A stretch of DNA of 64,000 nucleotides from Parcubacteria bacterium C7867-001 (lineage in GTDB: Bacteria; Patescibacteriota; Minisyncoccia; Phycocordibacterales; Phycocordibacteraceae), in NCBI GenBank assembly GCA_001189095.1, contig LFCK01000002.1, positions 214,320 through 278,319 on the forward strand, given 5' to 3'. Position 1 is the stretch's first letter. Each line of letters begins with the position of its first letter. A program made the translations under genes and the position numbers. The notes under the pieces were generated by a model. It saw nothing but the letters and a program-made list of their open reading frames with translations, made no database searches and had not been told where the DNA came from. Positions 8,941-18,936 of the stretch are shown piece after piece.

Positions 8941-10798
8941 CTACACACTCGGCGGAAAGAAGCTGATGCTTCGTCCGAACGATGCGGTGGGGAAAGGAGG
9001 AGAGGCCGACGTCTTCATTGAGGACGGACGTGCTATCAAAATCTACAAGCCACCGAACCATCCAGATCTTGCGGGCGATGCAGCGGCGCAAGCTGCTGCA
9101 AAAGACCGCATCAATGAGCACCAACGGAAGCTTCCCGCGTTCCCGCGCGGACTTCCGGGACACGTCATCGTTCCCGAAGCGCTGGTACTCGACGTTCAGG
9201 GACGTATCGCTGGATACGCAATGAAGCCTCTCATCGGGGCGGAAGTGCTGTATCGCTACGGCGAACGTTCCTTTCGCGAAGCAGGTGCTTCTGACGAAAC
9301 AGCTGTGGCGGTGCTTGCTGACCTCCGGCAAACGGTGGAAGGCGTGCATCGCGCGAATGTCGTTGTCGGAGACTTCAACGATCTTAACGTTCTTGCGAAG
9401 GGCCGCGAGGCTTTTCTCATCGACGCTGACAGCATGCAATTCGGACCGTTCTATACGCATGTGTTCACGACTCGTTTCGTGGATCCGCTCGTGTGCGATC
9501 CGAGAGCGAAGGCGCTCATCATGAAAGAGCCGCACAATCGGAATTCTGATTGGTACGCCTACGCCATCATGCTGATGCAATGTCTCTTGTATGTCGGGCC
9601 GTATGGCGGTGTGTATGCACCCAAAGACCCGGCCAAGCGACTGCCGCACGATTTGCGACCACTGCGGCGAGTTACGGTGTTCGACCCTGAGGTCAAATAT
9701 CCGAAACCCGCTCGACACTTCCGTATCCTTCCTGACGATTTGCTCAATCACTTCGAGCAGACGTTTGTGAAAGATAAGCGCGGAGCCCCGGATGCGCGTC
9801 TCGTTGAGAACCTTCGGTTCACGACGTGCGCGAAATGCGGGACGACTCACGCACGGGCAGTGTGCCCGTCGTGCGTGCATGTGACGCCACCAATGCAGAA
9901 AGAGATTCACAAAGGAGCCATTTCGGCTTTCAAAGAATTCTCAACTGCTGGCGTTATCCTGCATGCGACACTTGAACACGACACGCTCCGCCTCGTTTAT
10001 CACGAAGCGGGGAAGTATCTGCGGGAAGGCGGGAACGAGTTTGCCCAAGGCACACTCGACCCACATTTCCGCTACCGCGTAAGCGGCGAAAAGACGCTCA
10101 TGGGCCGCGGCAATCACGCTATCGTCTTTGATGGCGACCGCCGCGACCAACTTGTGGTCGATGCCTACGGATTATTGCCACTGTTTGACGCGAATGCGAA
10201 GAATACGTTCTTCGTACGCGACGGCGGATTGTGGCGAATTGGAACGCTCGGGGCTGAATATCCCGACCGTTTCGGCGATGTCCTTCCGGGCCAGACACTG
10301 TTCTGGTGCGGAGACACGCACGGGTTTGGTTTGTATCGCGCGGGGGAGCTTACACGCTACTTCGTATTCGGTACGGGCCAGCCTGGCATCAATGATTCAA
10401 TCAAGCTTCCTCCCATTCGGGGGAAGCTCGTCGACGCACTCTGTGTGTTCGGCGAGGATCGGTTGTGGTTTTTTGTTTCGACCGCGAATAACGGTCGGAC
10501 GGAAAATCACTGCTATGTCCTTGATTATCGCGGCACGCTTCTTGCGGAGACTCAAGCTGAGGCCGGAGACGGCAGCTGGCTTGGGACGCTCCGCGGAAAA
10601 TGTGCCGCAAAGGGATTCCTACTCTCATCTACGGATGATGGTGTCGTGCGGATTGAATCCGCAAACGGCACCGTTAGCGTGGTGAAGGAATTCCCGGCTA
10701 CAGCGGAATTCGTCGACGCTGAAACGAAATTGCTCTTGGGAAACCGAGGGCTCTATGCGGTCCAGCGTGGCGATGTTTGGAGGTTGGTCCTCAAATAG
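8933..10798 (+). CDS. atypical Ser/Thr protein kinase with Zn-ribbon and beta-rich C-terminal domain
   Basis: Gly-loop GKGGEADVF; AIKIYK lysine; catalytic HRANVVVGDFNDLNVL; LIDADS (DFG-like); CAKCG...CPSC zinc ribbon; roughly 300-aa repeat-like C-terminus; AAGGAGG RBS; 8-nt overlap with PP2C. Confidence 0.75.
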   Translation: MPNYTLGGKKLMLRPNDAVGKGGEADVFIEDGRAIKIYKPPNHPDLAGDAAAQAAAKDRINEHQRKLPAFPRGLPGHVIVPEALVLDVQGRIAGYAMKPLIGAEVLYRYGERSFREAGASDETAVAVLADLRQTVEGVHRANVVVGDFNDLNVLAKGREAFLIDADSMQFGPFYTHVFTTRFVDPLVCDPRAKALIMKEPHNRNSDWYAYAIMLMQCLLYVGPYGGVYAPKDPAKRLPHDLRPLRRVTVFDPEVKYPKPARHFRILPDDLLNHFEQTFVKDKRGAPDARLVENLRFTTCAKCGTTHARAVCPSCVHVTPPMQKEIHKGAISAFKEFSTAGVILHATLEHDTLRLVYHEAGKYLREGGNEFAQGTLDPHFRYRVSGEKTLMGRGNHAIVFDGDRRDQLVVDAYGLLPLFDANAKNTFFVRDGGLWRIGTLGAEYPDRFGDVLPGQTLFWCGDTHGFGLYRAGELTRYFVFGTGQPGINDSIKLPPIRGKLVDALCVFGEDRLWFFVSTANNGRTENHCYVLDYRGTLLAETQAEAGDGSWLGTLRGKCAAKGFLLSSTDDGVVRIESANGTVSVVKEFPATAEFVDAETKLLLGNRGLYAVQRGDVWRLVLK

Positions 10799-10827
10799 GT
10801 TGAGGACAAAAACAAAGGAGAAGTACC

Positions 10828-11913
10828 ATGGCTCAGATAGCCACAGCACTACCGGTTCCAAAGCTCTTCAATGCGAAGAACGCCGGGGTGTGGTCGTACC
10901 GACCTGACCAGCGCGCGGTGTTCAACACCGCGAACGACTGGAAAAGGCAATACCAACTCAAGGCGTCGGGACTCGATGTCTTGAAGGTCATGCTCCTGCT
11001 GATCGACCTGCAGAAGGATTTCTGCTTTCCGGAAGGTTCGCTCTTCGTGGGCGGCCGTTCGGGACGTGGAGCTATCGATGACTCGGCGCGCATCGCTGAG
11101 TTCATCTACCGGAACCTGAATATGCTAACGAGCATCGCAACGACGCTCGATACGCACTTCGCGTACCAGTGCTTCTTCCCGTCGTTCTGGAACGATGAGA
11201 GCGGTCAGCCGCTCCAACCGTTCGACGTCATCATGGGAAATCTCGACATCATGCGCGCCGGCGTGTGCGTGGGGAAGGCTTCGGTCAACCCCTCCGCAGC
11301 CAGCGTCGTCGCTCATGGCGACTACGTCACGCTGCAAAAGCAGATGGCGTACTACTGTCAGGAGCTCGACAAGGGCGGCAAGTACAACCTGATTATTTGG
11401 CCCGAGCATTGCTTGCTCGGATCCGACGGTCACGTTCTTGCCGGCGTCATTCACGAAGCTCGTCTCTTCCACGCCTATGCGCGTGCGTCGCAATCGCTTT
11501 CGGAAATTAAGGGCGGAAGCCCGTACTCCGAGAACTATTCGGTGCTTCGTCCAGAAGTGATGACCACGTTCGACGGACAACCGTTACCGGGTGTCCAGAA
11601 GAACGTGAAGTTCATCAAGACGCTGCTCGCGTACGACCGCGTCATTATCGCGGGTCAGGCAGGCAGTCACTGCCTCAAGAGCTCGACCGAGGACTTCCTC
11701 GAAGAGATCTTGATTCAGGACAAGTCGCTCGCCCGGAAGGTCTATGTGCTTGCGGACTGCACGTCCGCGGTTACGGTTCCTGATGGCAGCGGCGGATTCA
11801 TCGTCGACAACACGCCGAACATGGAAGCTGCGTTCGCGCAGTTTGCCAATGCCGGCATGAACATCGTGAAGTCCACCACTCCGATTCAGGACTGGCCGGG
11901 CTTTATGCACTAA
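10828..11913 (+). CDS. isochorismatase-family cysteine hydrolase, nicotinamidase (PncA)-like with large insertion
   Basis: IDLQKDF (catalytic Asp); TLDTHF; WPEHCLLGSDGH (matches PncA WPPHCVSGTPG); KGG...YSENYS; AGQAGSHCL (catalytic Cys); AAGGAG RBS. Confidence 0.75.
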   Translation: MAQIATALPVPKLFNAKNAGVWSYRPDQRAVFNTANDWKRQYQLKASGLDVLKVMLLLIDLQKDFCFPEGSLFVGGRSGRGAIDDSARIAEFIYRNLNMLTSIATTLDTHFAYQCFFPSFWNDESGQPLQPFDVIMGNLDIMRAGVCVGKASVNPSAASVVAHGDYVTLQKQMAYYCQELDKGGKYNLIIWPEHCLLGSDGHVLAGVIHEARLFHAYARASQSLSEIKGGSPYSENYSVLRPEVMTTFDGQPLPGVQKNVKFIKTLLAYDRVIIAGQAGSHCLKSSTEDFLEEILIQDKSLARKVYVLADCTSAVTVPDGSGGFIVDNTPNMEAAFAQFANAGMNIVKSTTPIQDWPGFMH

Positions 11914-11979
11914 GACGGGTTTACTCGCATGGCGGAATGGTTCCGTCATGCGAGCGCCCACTCGCAAGGAGGACTCACC

Positions 11980-12819
11980 ATGAGTTCAGCTGACGTAAGT
12001 GCACTCTTTAGTGCAGCGCATCAAGACGGCACACTCTCGAAAGGAGCGCTCGCCGTTCTCGATGCTGAAGATCTCGGCGCCGTGATCAATCAAGGTCTCG
12101 GAATCACTCCGGACCAAGTATCCGCGACCGATATTCAGCTCATTATCGGGAATATCGACGACTCGAGTTCAATCGCGTCGTGCGGCAACGAGCAGCCGAT
12201 GCGGGACGGATACAATCTTGTCTACGACTCGCTGCTCGGAACCAAGCAAAAGGGCGGCATCCTGATGGCGGCCAATCTCTTCAATCGAGGCCTTTTACAC
12301 GGCTTCGATACATTGGAGAACGCTGTTCGTCTCGACGCACGCAACTACAATCCTTCGGGCGGTACGCCGCTCTATGATTCGACGGCGGTTGTCCTTGGGC
12401 TTGCCGCTGCCAAACGGCAGCAGTTCAGCGACAACGGCGTCCCGGCTCGTGCGATCGTTCCGATTTACACGGACGGCGCCGATGTCGGCTCGCGCATGCG
12501 TGCATCCGATATCGAAATCATCGTTCGCGACCTTCTCCAGACGGAGCAGTTCATCGTGATCGGCGTCGGCATCGATGACAGCACGAAGGACCACCAAGGA
12601 AACGTGATCCGCAAGGGTACCGATTTCAAGGCGGTCTTCCAGAGCATGGGCATCCAGGATCGCTGGATCCTGACGCCAGGCAACTCGCCGAGCGAGATTC
12701 GTGGCGCGTTCGCCATGGTGTCTCAATCGGTGTCGCTTGCCAGTCAGAACGCTGGCTCTTTCAGCAAAGGCGTGAAGGGCGGCTTCAGCCAAGGTGCGAT
12801 GGGTGGGTTCGGAGCGTAA
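11980..12819 (+). CDS. vWA-domain (TerY-like) protein
   Basis: MIDAS residues NIDDSSSIAS (DxSxS), GGTPLYDS and IYTDGAD; Gly-rich C-terminal tail; AAGGAGG RBS 7 nt upstream of ATG 11980. Confidence 0.65.
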   Translation: MSSADVSALFSAAHQDGTLSKGALAVLDAEDLGAVINQGLGITPDQVSATDIQLIIGNIDDSSSIASCGNEQPMRDGYNLVYDSLLGTKQKGGILMAANLFNRGLLHGFDTLENAVRLDARNYNPSGGTPLYDSTAVVLGLAAAKRQQFSDNGVPARAIVPIYTDGADVGSRMRASDIEIIVRDLLQTEQFIVIGVGIDDSTKDHQGNVIRKGTDFKAVFQSMGIQDRWILTPGNSPSEIRGAFAMVSQSVSLASQNAGSFSKGVKGGFSQGAMGGFGA

Positions 12820-12964
12820 GCTCTAGAACTCAGGGTCCAGTTCTTTACGTACGGGTGCGAAGGAGGCAGTGCCTCCTTCGCTACTCGCTTCGAGATTCCT
12901 TCGGGAATCTCCTTTATAGGGTGTTTGAGCACACGCTCGAACGTCCTAAAAGGAAAACAGTTCT

Positions 12965-13930
12965 TTGGAGAAGAATATGGTTTCAATTCTCGATTGCTAC
13001 AAAGGCTCGCTCGTCGGCGTGTTGTGCGGCGACGCCCTTGGCGCGCCGTACGAAACATGGACTGAAGATCGCATTCTTGCGGATATTAACAGTCGAGGAG
13101 GACTTGTCCTCTTCGACTACGACGATCCGTGGGGCAAGGACGGCCGGTTTCCGGCAGGTCGGCCCACCGACGATTCGGAAATGACCGCTGCGCTCGCCGA
13201 GTACCTCGTACACGGCGGCGGTCCGGAAAAGCTCTATGCGCTCTTCCGGAAATGCGTTATCGACAAGAAAAGCTTTCTCTGCGACCTTCCGGCCTATGGT
13301 TTCGGTGGCACGACGCGTAACGCGCTCGCGCAGCCTACCTATCTAGAAGCGCTTGCGAATCCCGATCCGAACGATCCGATTCCGAGTAACGGCAGTCTGA
13401 TGCGAGCGGCGCCGATCGCGCTCCTCGTACGCGGCCAGCCAGTTCTCGTGCGTGAACTTGCCGAAATGCAAGCGCTCATGACACATCGGCATCCGGAAGC
13501 TATCGCTGCGACCGTTGCGTACTCGCTCATCTTGGATCATGTCCTCGATGGCTTCACGTACAAAACGGCTGTGAAGAAAACACTCGAACTCATTCCGCTT
13601 AACGACGGCTACGAGCGCATTGCGAAAGTGCTGCTCCGAGGAAAACCGAAGAAGCCGCAACCGCCGACCCATAAATTTCGTGGCGGCGCGGTGTACTCGC
13701 TTCGTGTCGTCCACTGGGCGGTGTCGACGAGCTCCTCCTTTGAGGAGGGAATCTTCAAAGCAGTTACTATTGGTGGCGACACCGATACGTATGCTGCAAT
13801 TGCGGGCGGAATGCTCGGCGCCATGTACGGCGTCCATGCGATTCCGGAAAAATGGAGCTCAGGACTTCTGGGCCGCGCGCGTATGTGCGAGCTTGCAGCA
13901 AAACTCTGTGAGCTGAACGTTCGAAGGTAG
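12965..13930 (+). CDS. ADP-ribosylglycohydrolase family protein (DraG/ARH-like)
   Basis: GDALGAPYE, TDDSEM, GSLMRAAP and GGDTDTYAAIAGGMLGA di-metal site motifs. Confidence 0.85.
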   Translation: MEKNMVSILDCYKGSLVGVLCGDALGAPYETWTEDRILADINSRGGLVLFDYDDPWGKDGRFPAGRPTDDSEMTAALAEYLVHGGGPEKLYALFRKCVIDKKSFLCDLPAYGFGGTTRNALAQPTYLEALANPDPNDPIPSNGSLMRAAPIALLVRGQPVLVRELAEMQALMTHRHPEAIAATVAYSLILDHVLDGFTYKTAVKKTLELIPLNDGYERIAKVLLRGKPKKPQPPTHKFRGGAVYSLRVVHWAVSTSSSFEEGIFKAVTIGGDTDTYAAIAGGMLGAMYGVHAIPEKWSSGLLGRARMCELAAKLCELNVRR

Positions 13931-14086
13931 CGTAAGGAAAGGGTGCCGCGCTTCGCGCGGCACCCCAACCTACTGAGAAATTGAAACCATCTTTTATGGA
14001 GCGCCTGAATTTAGGTTCAGACGTTCCTAGAAGATTTGTTCTTTGAGAATTCGAACATCAAAGAGTCTCAAGAAAAGGAGAAAGCA

Positions 14087-15937
14087 ATGACAAATCTCAC
14101 GGGACGGGTGGTTATCGCCCAAATGAATCCTGAACCTGCGAATATTCGCGCGAATCTTCACTGGATCCTCTTCTTCATCGAAGAGGCGAAGGCGAAGGGC
14201 GCGGACCTCGTCATTTTCCCTGAACTCGCGGTGTCGGGGTACCTCCTCGGCGATCGTTGGGAAAATGACGCGTTCATTCGCGAGCTTGAACGAGCAAATG
14301 AGCACATTCGGATGGCGAGCAAAGACATTGCCGTTATCTGGGGCTCTGTGAAGGCCGACTGGGAAAAAATCGGTGAAGACGGCCGCGTACGCAAGTACAA
14401 CGCTGCGTTTGTCGCGCAGAACGGCGAATGGGTTTCCAACAGCGTTTTGCGCGGCTGGATCCCAAAAACCAATCTGCCGAAGTACCGTATCTTCGACGAT
14501 GCGCGTCACTTCTATCCCGCAGCGAATCTCGCGCGCGACATGGACCTCGACCTCTCGTACCTCCTCCAACCGTTCTTCCTCATGCTCGGGGATGACCCGA
14601 CGCGTGTCGGTCTGACGGTCTGCGAGGACCTCTGGGAAGACGAGTACTCAACGAAACCATCACGCATTTACGGCGCGCACGGCGTCGATCTCTTGATCGA
14701 CATCTCATGTTCGCCGTGGACCGCGGACAAGTGGCGTGCGCGCGAGCGCATGTTGCGGAGTCGCGTCATGGACTCGGGCGTACCGATCATCTACGTGAAT
14801 TCGTTCGGTCTTCAGAACAACGGCAAGAACCTTGTCTGGTTCGACGGCGACTCTGCCATCATCGATCAGAGCGGGAACTTCGTGTGGCGTGCGCCGCAGC
14901 ACAAGGGCTGCATCATGCCGCTCGATCTCAGTAGGCTCAACGAGCCGCTCCCTGAACGCAAGTCGATGGGCATCAAGGAAATCCACGATGCCATCATCGC
15001 TTCCGTGCGCGAGTTCTTCGCGCCGTTCAAGAAGGTCGTCATCGGCCTTTCAGGCGGTATCGATTCGGCGGTTTCCGCAGCACTCATCGCGCGCGCCATC
15101 GGCTCGCACATGGTACTCGCAGTCAACATGCCGACCGAGTTCAACTCGGCAACGACGAAGAATCTCGCGCAGCAATGCGCGGAGAATCTCAAGGTTGAGT
15201 ACAAGGTCGTGCCGATTCAAGGGCTCTATGAAGTGCATCTTGCGATGCTCGCAAGCGCGGGCGTCAAGAATCCCTCGACGCTCGTGAAGGAGAATATCCA
15301 AGCGAGAATCCGTGGCGGTTCCGTGCAAGCTGCGCTCGCGGCGGCGCATAATGGCGTCTTCGTGTGTAACGGCAATAAGACTGAGATGGCGCTCAACTAC
15401 TTCACCCTCTACGGTGATGGTGCGGGCGCCGCAGCCTTCCTCGCCGACCTTTGGAAAGGGCAGGTGTACGAGCTCGCTCGCTACCTGAACGAAACTGAAG
15501 GTCGCGAGCTGATTCCGGAAGGAATCATGACCATCGTCCCATCTGCAGAACTTTCTGCGGATCAGGCAGTCGACGAAGGGAAGGGGGATCCTATCTTCTT
15601 CCCATACCACGACAAGCTCCTGCGCGCCTTCACCGAATGGCGCTGGGATCCGACGACGGTTATGATTGCTGCGCTCGAAGGCACGCTCGAAGGAGAGCTT
15701 GGCTGCGAGCCAGGAACGATTACGAAGTACTTCAAGACTCCGAAAGAGTTTGTGGAGAATCTCGAATGGGCGTGGCGTCAGTACAGCATGGAGTACAAAC
15801 GCGTGCAGACGCCGCCGGTGCTGCTTACCTCGCGTCGAGCTTTCGGGTTCGACCGCCGCGACACCATTGCGGACGGGTACCTCACCGAGGAGTTCTTCTC
15901 CTACAAGGATTTGCTCCTCGACCGTGAACTCGCCTGA
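14087..15937 (+). CDS. nadE: glutamine-dependent NAD+ synthetase (CN-hydrolase + NAD synthetase domains)
   Basis: N-terminal nitrilase-like domain (FPELAVSGY); C-terminal PP-loop SGGIDSAVSAAL; AAAGGAG RBS. Confidence 0.9.
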   Translation: MTNLTGRVVIAQMNPEPANIRANLHWILFFIEEAKAKGADLVIFPELAVSGYLLGDRWENDAFIRELERANEHIRMASKDIAVIWGSVKADWEKIGEDGRVRKYNAAFVAQNGEWVSNSVLRGWIPKTNLPKYRIFDDARHFYPAANLARDMDLDLSYLLQPFFLMLGDDPTRVGLTVCEDLWEDEYSTKPSRIYGAHGVDLLIDISCSPWTADKWRARERMLRSRVMDSGVPIIYVNSFGLQNNGKNLVWFDGDSAIIDQSGNFVWRAPQHKGCIMPLDLSRLNEPLPERKSMGIKEIHDAIIASVREFFAPFKKVVIGLSGGIDSAVSAALIARAIGSHMVLAVNMPTEFNSATTKNLAQQCAENLKVEYKVVPIQGLYEVHLAMLASAGVKNPSTLVKENIQARIRGGSVQAALAAAHNGVFVCNGNKTEMALNYFTLYGDGAGAAAFLADLWKGQVYELARYLNETEGRELIPEGIMTIVPSAELSADQAVDEGKGDPIFFPYHDKLLRAFTEWRWDPTTVMIAALEGTLEGELGCEPGTITKYFKTPKEFVENLEWAWRQYSMEYKRVQTPPVLLTSRRAFGFDRRDTIADGYLTEEFFSYKDLLLDRELA

Positions 15938-16085
15938 TGTTCGACTCCGTGAGGAAGCGCGAAGCGCTTCCTCACGGGTCCTTTTCCAAAGGAAAAGGAT
16001 TTCGTATGGGGCGCCGAAACGAATTGTTTCGACGTCGCTACGGAAAAAAGTTCTTTGCAACCAACAACAGAGAAAGGGCATACCT

Positions 16086-17444
16086 ATGGCTCAACTCGTC
16101 GACGATTGCATTAGGCAATCGGAGGGTGGCGACTGGATCATCCAGTCTTTGCTCGACACCGACTTCTACAAGTTCACGATGGACTATTTCATTCATACGC
16201 TCCATCGTGGCGTGGAGGTCGAGTTCGGCCTCATCAATCGCAATCCGCGCATTCCGCTCGCCAAGATCATTGACGAGAGGGAACTGCGCCGGCAACTCGA
16301 TCATGTGATGACGCTTTCGCTCAGCGAAGATGAACTCGCGTTCATTCGCCGGCAGAACGTCTTCAGCAAACAGGCCTCCACTGAGAAATACATGGAGTTC
16401 CTGAAGCAGCTGCGTCTTACGACGTACACGCTCAAGCGTGTCGGCGACCAATACGAACTTCGGTTCAAGGCGCCGTGGGAAACGGTTACGTTCTGGGAAA
16501 TCGCCTCAATGGCGATCATCTCCGAACTTCTGTACATCGCGCTTATGCGCTCGATGACAAAAGCGGATCGGGTCCTGTTCTTCGATAACGCCGTGCGTCG
16601 TCTCCAAACGATGCTCGAGCAAATCAAGACGCGTCCTTGGGTACAGATGGCTGAATTCGGCACCCGCCGCAGATTCAGTCGCTCATGGCACAACGTCGCG
16701 ATAGAGATGTTCGCCGAAACACTCGGCACGCAGCTCATCGGCACCAGCAATGCGCTCTTGGTGCTCAACCATAATTTGCAACCGGTTGGGACCAACGCGC
16801 ACGAACTTCCGATGGTGCTTACTGCTATCGCGCCGACGGATGAAGAAAAACGCATGGCGCAGTACAGCGTGCTGCGCCAGTGGGAGCCGCTCTTCGACGA
16901 GAAACTGCGCATCACGCTTCCCGATACGTACGGAAGCGAGCAGTTCTGGAAAAATATGCCGGAAGATCTTGCGTTCCGTGTCGCTCATAACTGGAGCGGC
17001 CAACGACAGGACTCCGGCGATCCGGTCGACGAAGGGCTTCGCTATATCAACTGGCTGAAGAGCCAAGGGGTTAACGCGAAGAAAGCCCACAAGAAGGACA
17101 TGTCTTCGGACGGTCTCAATGTGCCGCTGATGTTCAAAATCAACGACGCGCTGCGTGACTTGATCGACGATCTGTACGGAATGGGTACGCACGCCTCGAA
17201 TATCGAGGGGTGCCATCCTGATCCGAATCAGCGCGCTGTTGTGAACGGCGTCGCACTTGACCTTACGAACGACGAGCTCTTCAGGGGCCACTCGATCGTA
17301 TGCAAGGTGATGTCCGCGAACGGGCAGCCGGCGGTGAAGCTCTCGAACAACGTCAACAAGGCCACCGGCCCCAAGGACGAAGTCGAGAAATACCTCCGAC
17401 TCTTCGGGCATGCCGGCATGGTCAAACAAGCCGTGCTCGTCTGA
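16086..17444 (+). CDS. pncB: nicotinate phosphoribosyltransferase family protein
   Basis: LLDTDFYKFTM signature; about 450 aa; the longer upstream in-frame extension (from 15666) overlaps nadE and was rejected. Confidence 0.8.
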   Translation: MAQLVDDCIRQSEGGDWIIQSLLDTDFYKFTMDYFIHTLHRGVEVEFGLINRNPRIPLAKIIDERELRRQLDHVMTLSLSEDELAFIRRQNVFSKQASTEKYMEFLKQLRLTTYTLKRVGDQYELRFKAPWETVTFWEIASMAIISELLYIALMRSMTKADRVLFFDNAVRRLQTMLEQIKTRPWVQMAEFGTRRRFSRSWHNVAIEMFAETLGTQLIGTSNALLVLNHNLQPVGTNAHELPMVLTAIAPTDEEKRMAQYSVLRQWEPLFDEKLRITLPDTYGSEQFWKNMPEDLAFRVAHNWSGQRQDSGDPVDEGLRYINWLKSQGVNAKKAHKKDMSSDGLNVPLMFKINDALRDLIDDLYGMGTHASNIEGCHPDPNQRAVVNGVALDLTNDELFRGHSIVCKVMSANGQPAVKLSNNVNKATGPKDEVEKYLRLFGHAGMVKQAVLV

Positions 17445-17454
17445 AGACGCTCTC

Positions 17455-17502
17455 TGTAAAAAATGATCCCCCGAGCCAAAGGCTCGGGGGATTTTCTTTT
17501 TG
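17455..17502 (+). terminator. bidirectional intrinsic terminator
   Basis: aaaaaatgatcccccgagcc-aaa-ggctcgggggattttctttttg between convergent pncB and nadM. Confidence 0.65.
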
Positions 17503-17514
17503 TTTCGGAGCTAA

Positions 17515-18402
17515 TCAGCTTCCGAGAAGCATAGCCGCAAGCGGGCGATGCCACGGCACCAACCGTTCGATGAGGTCGTGTCGGTGCACCCACTCGATCG
17601 CATCTGCGTCATCGCCGCCAACGGGGTCTCCGTTGAGGTAATTCGCGCGGAAGAATCGGGTGGTGATGCCGTCAGGAGTGTCGCGATAGCGTGGGTCCTC
17701 GATCGGCTTCGAACCAACGTACGTCGGCTTCGTGATCACGATACCGAGGATCTCCTCCGTACGTTCCCGCATCGCCGTCTCCTCATCAGATTCCCCGACG
17801 TCGCCGAACCCGCCCATGAAGGAACAGAGTCCCTCGTGGCGTTTCTTCTTGATCAGAAGGAACTCGGCGTTTCTGCGCACAATCGCGAGGTCGGCGGTTC
17901 CGTACGGAATCGGATAGCGAGTTTGGGTCGCCCAGATGAGCGCTTCGCGCCCGTCGGTCGTTGTTGGCATCGTCACGCGCGAGCGTATCTCGGTCCCACT
18001 GATGTGGGGCAAGGACGCCGGAATAACATGCCGCATCAGCGTACCCGAATACACATTCAGGAAGCTGTCGCGACCGCCGTACAGTACGACGTGCGCGGTG
18101 TCTCCACCGCACAAGTTTGTGACAAGCGTATCAAGGTCGCGCGACCAGTAGGTCGGCGAAAGTGGGTGGTCGATGATTTCTTCCACCTGCGCCTCGGGAT
18201 ACACTTCGAGCACCATGTGCTTGCGTACCTCATAGGGAAGGGGGTTCTTCATCGTCGGCAAGCCGCCTGAAGAAGCGAGCAGGATGAGCAGATGCTCATG
18301 CCGATCGCGTGCATACTCGATGATTCTTCGGTGTTCTGGGTGGAGGTAGGGCACTTGGAAGCGCCCGACCACAACCCCGACCGATTTCGGTCTCGTATCC
18401 AT
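17515..18402 (-). CDS. nadM: bifunctional NMN adenylyltransferase / Nudix (ADP-ribose) hydrolase, NadM-Nudix-like
   Basis: N-terminal GVVVGRFQVPYLHPEH (nucleotidyltransferase GRFQP.H motif); C-terminal Nudix box GGFGDVGESDEETAMRERTEEILG. Confidence 0.75.
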   Translation of the reverse strand: MDTRPKSVGVVVGRFQVPYLHPEHRRIIEYARDRHEHLLILLASSGGLPTMKNPLPYEVRKHMVLEVYPEAQVEEIIDHPLSPTYWSRDLDTLVTNLCGGDTAHVVLYGGRDSFLNVYSGTLMRHVIPASLPHISGTEIRSRVTMPTTTDGREALIWATQTRYPIPYGTADLAIVRRNAEFLLIKKKRHEGLCSFMGGFGDVGESDEETAMRERTEEILGIVITKPTYVGSKPIEDPRYRDTPDGITTRFFRANYLNGDPVGGDDADAIEWVHRHDLIERLVPWHRPLAAMLLGS

Positions 18403-18482
18403 TGGCTATTCTCCAAAGAGCTCGGCGCCGTAGGGCGCCGCAAGCTGCAGAAAGTATACTACACAATTAAATAAGCGTCAAA

Positions 18483-18935
18483 TTATGCTCGGAGCATCGA
18501 AAGCGCTTCCTCGAGCGTGTCCACCTGCGTGATTCCATATCGTTCGCAAACGATATCGATATTTCCTTTACGCCAAAATCCTTTCGGGCAAATCATAATG
18601 AGTTTTCCGGACTCCTTTCCGAAGAGACCGAGCTCGATCATGGAAACAGGGGATTTGGTTGTTGGGTCGAGATACATGAGTATTTTCTCCGCGCGTTCGA
18701 GTCCCTCAAGTTCCCATTCCACCTGCTCGCGGAACGGGGCATTTTCCTTTTCCTGTACCCACGAGTTGTCCCAGTCATCGCGACGAGGATTGAGGATTAT
18801 CCAGTCCGTATCGGCGAGGGCGTCTTGTACCTTCTTCTGCCACTCCTCAGCCGCACCCATCTCGATGCTTCCAGCTAAGAAGAGTAGTTTCTCTGCATCG
18901 ACGGGAACCGGCTGCGGTGGCTGATAGATCTGCAT
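18483..18935 (-). CDS. nucleoside 2-deoxyribosyltransferase-like / LOG-like (SLOG fold) protein
   Basis: About 150 aa; LFLAGSIEMG, ILNPRRDDW and IELGLFGKESGKLIMICPKG resemble the Nuc_deoxyrib_tr-like family; start ATG at 18935 directly abuts the nrtR stop. Confidence 0.5.
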   Translation of the reverse strand: MQIYQPPQPVPVDAEKLLFLAGSIEMGAAEEWQKKVQDALADTDWIILNPRRDDWDNSWVQEKENAPFREQVEWELEGLERAEKILMYLDPTTKSPVSMIELGLFGKESGKLIMICPKGFWRKGNIDIVCERYGITQVDTLEEALSMLRA

Positions 18936-18936
18936 G

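Noticed and set aside
8982-9747. Small ORFs nested inside the kinase gene on both strands
   Set aside because: They are embedded in a gene with clear kinase motifs and have no RBS or conservation signal.
15666-16085. 140-aa in-frame extension upstream of pncB
   Set aside because: It overlaps the 3' end of nadE and a terminator-like hairpin and has a low-complexity Arg/Ser composition. The conserved NaPRTase N-terminus starts at the ATG at 16086.
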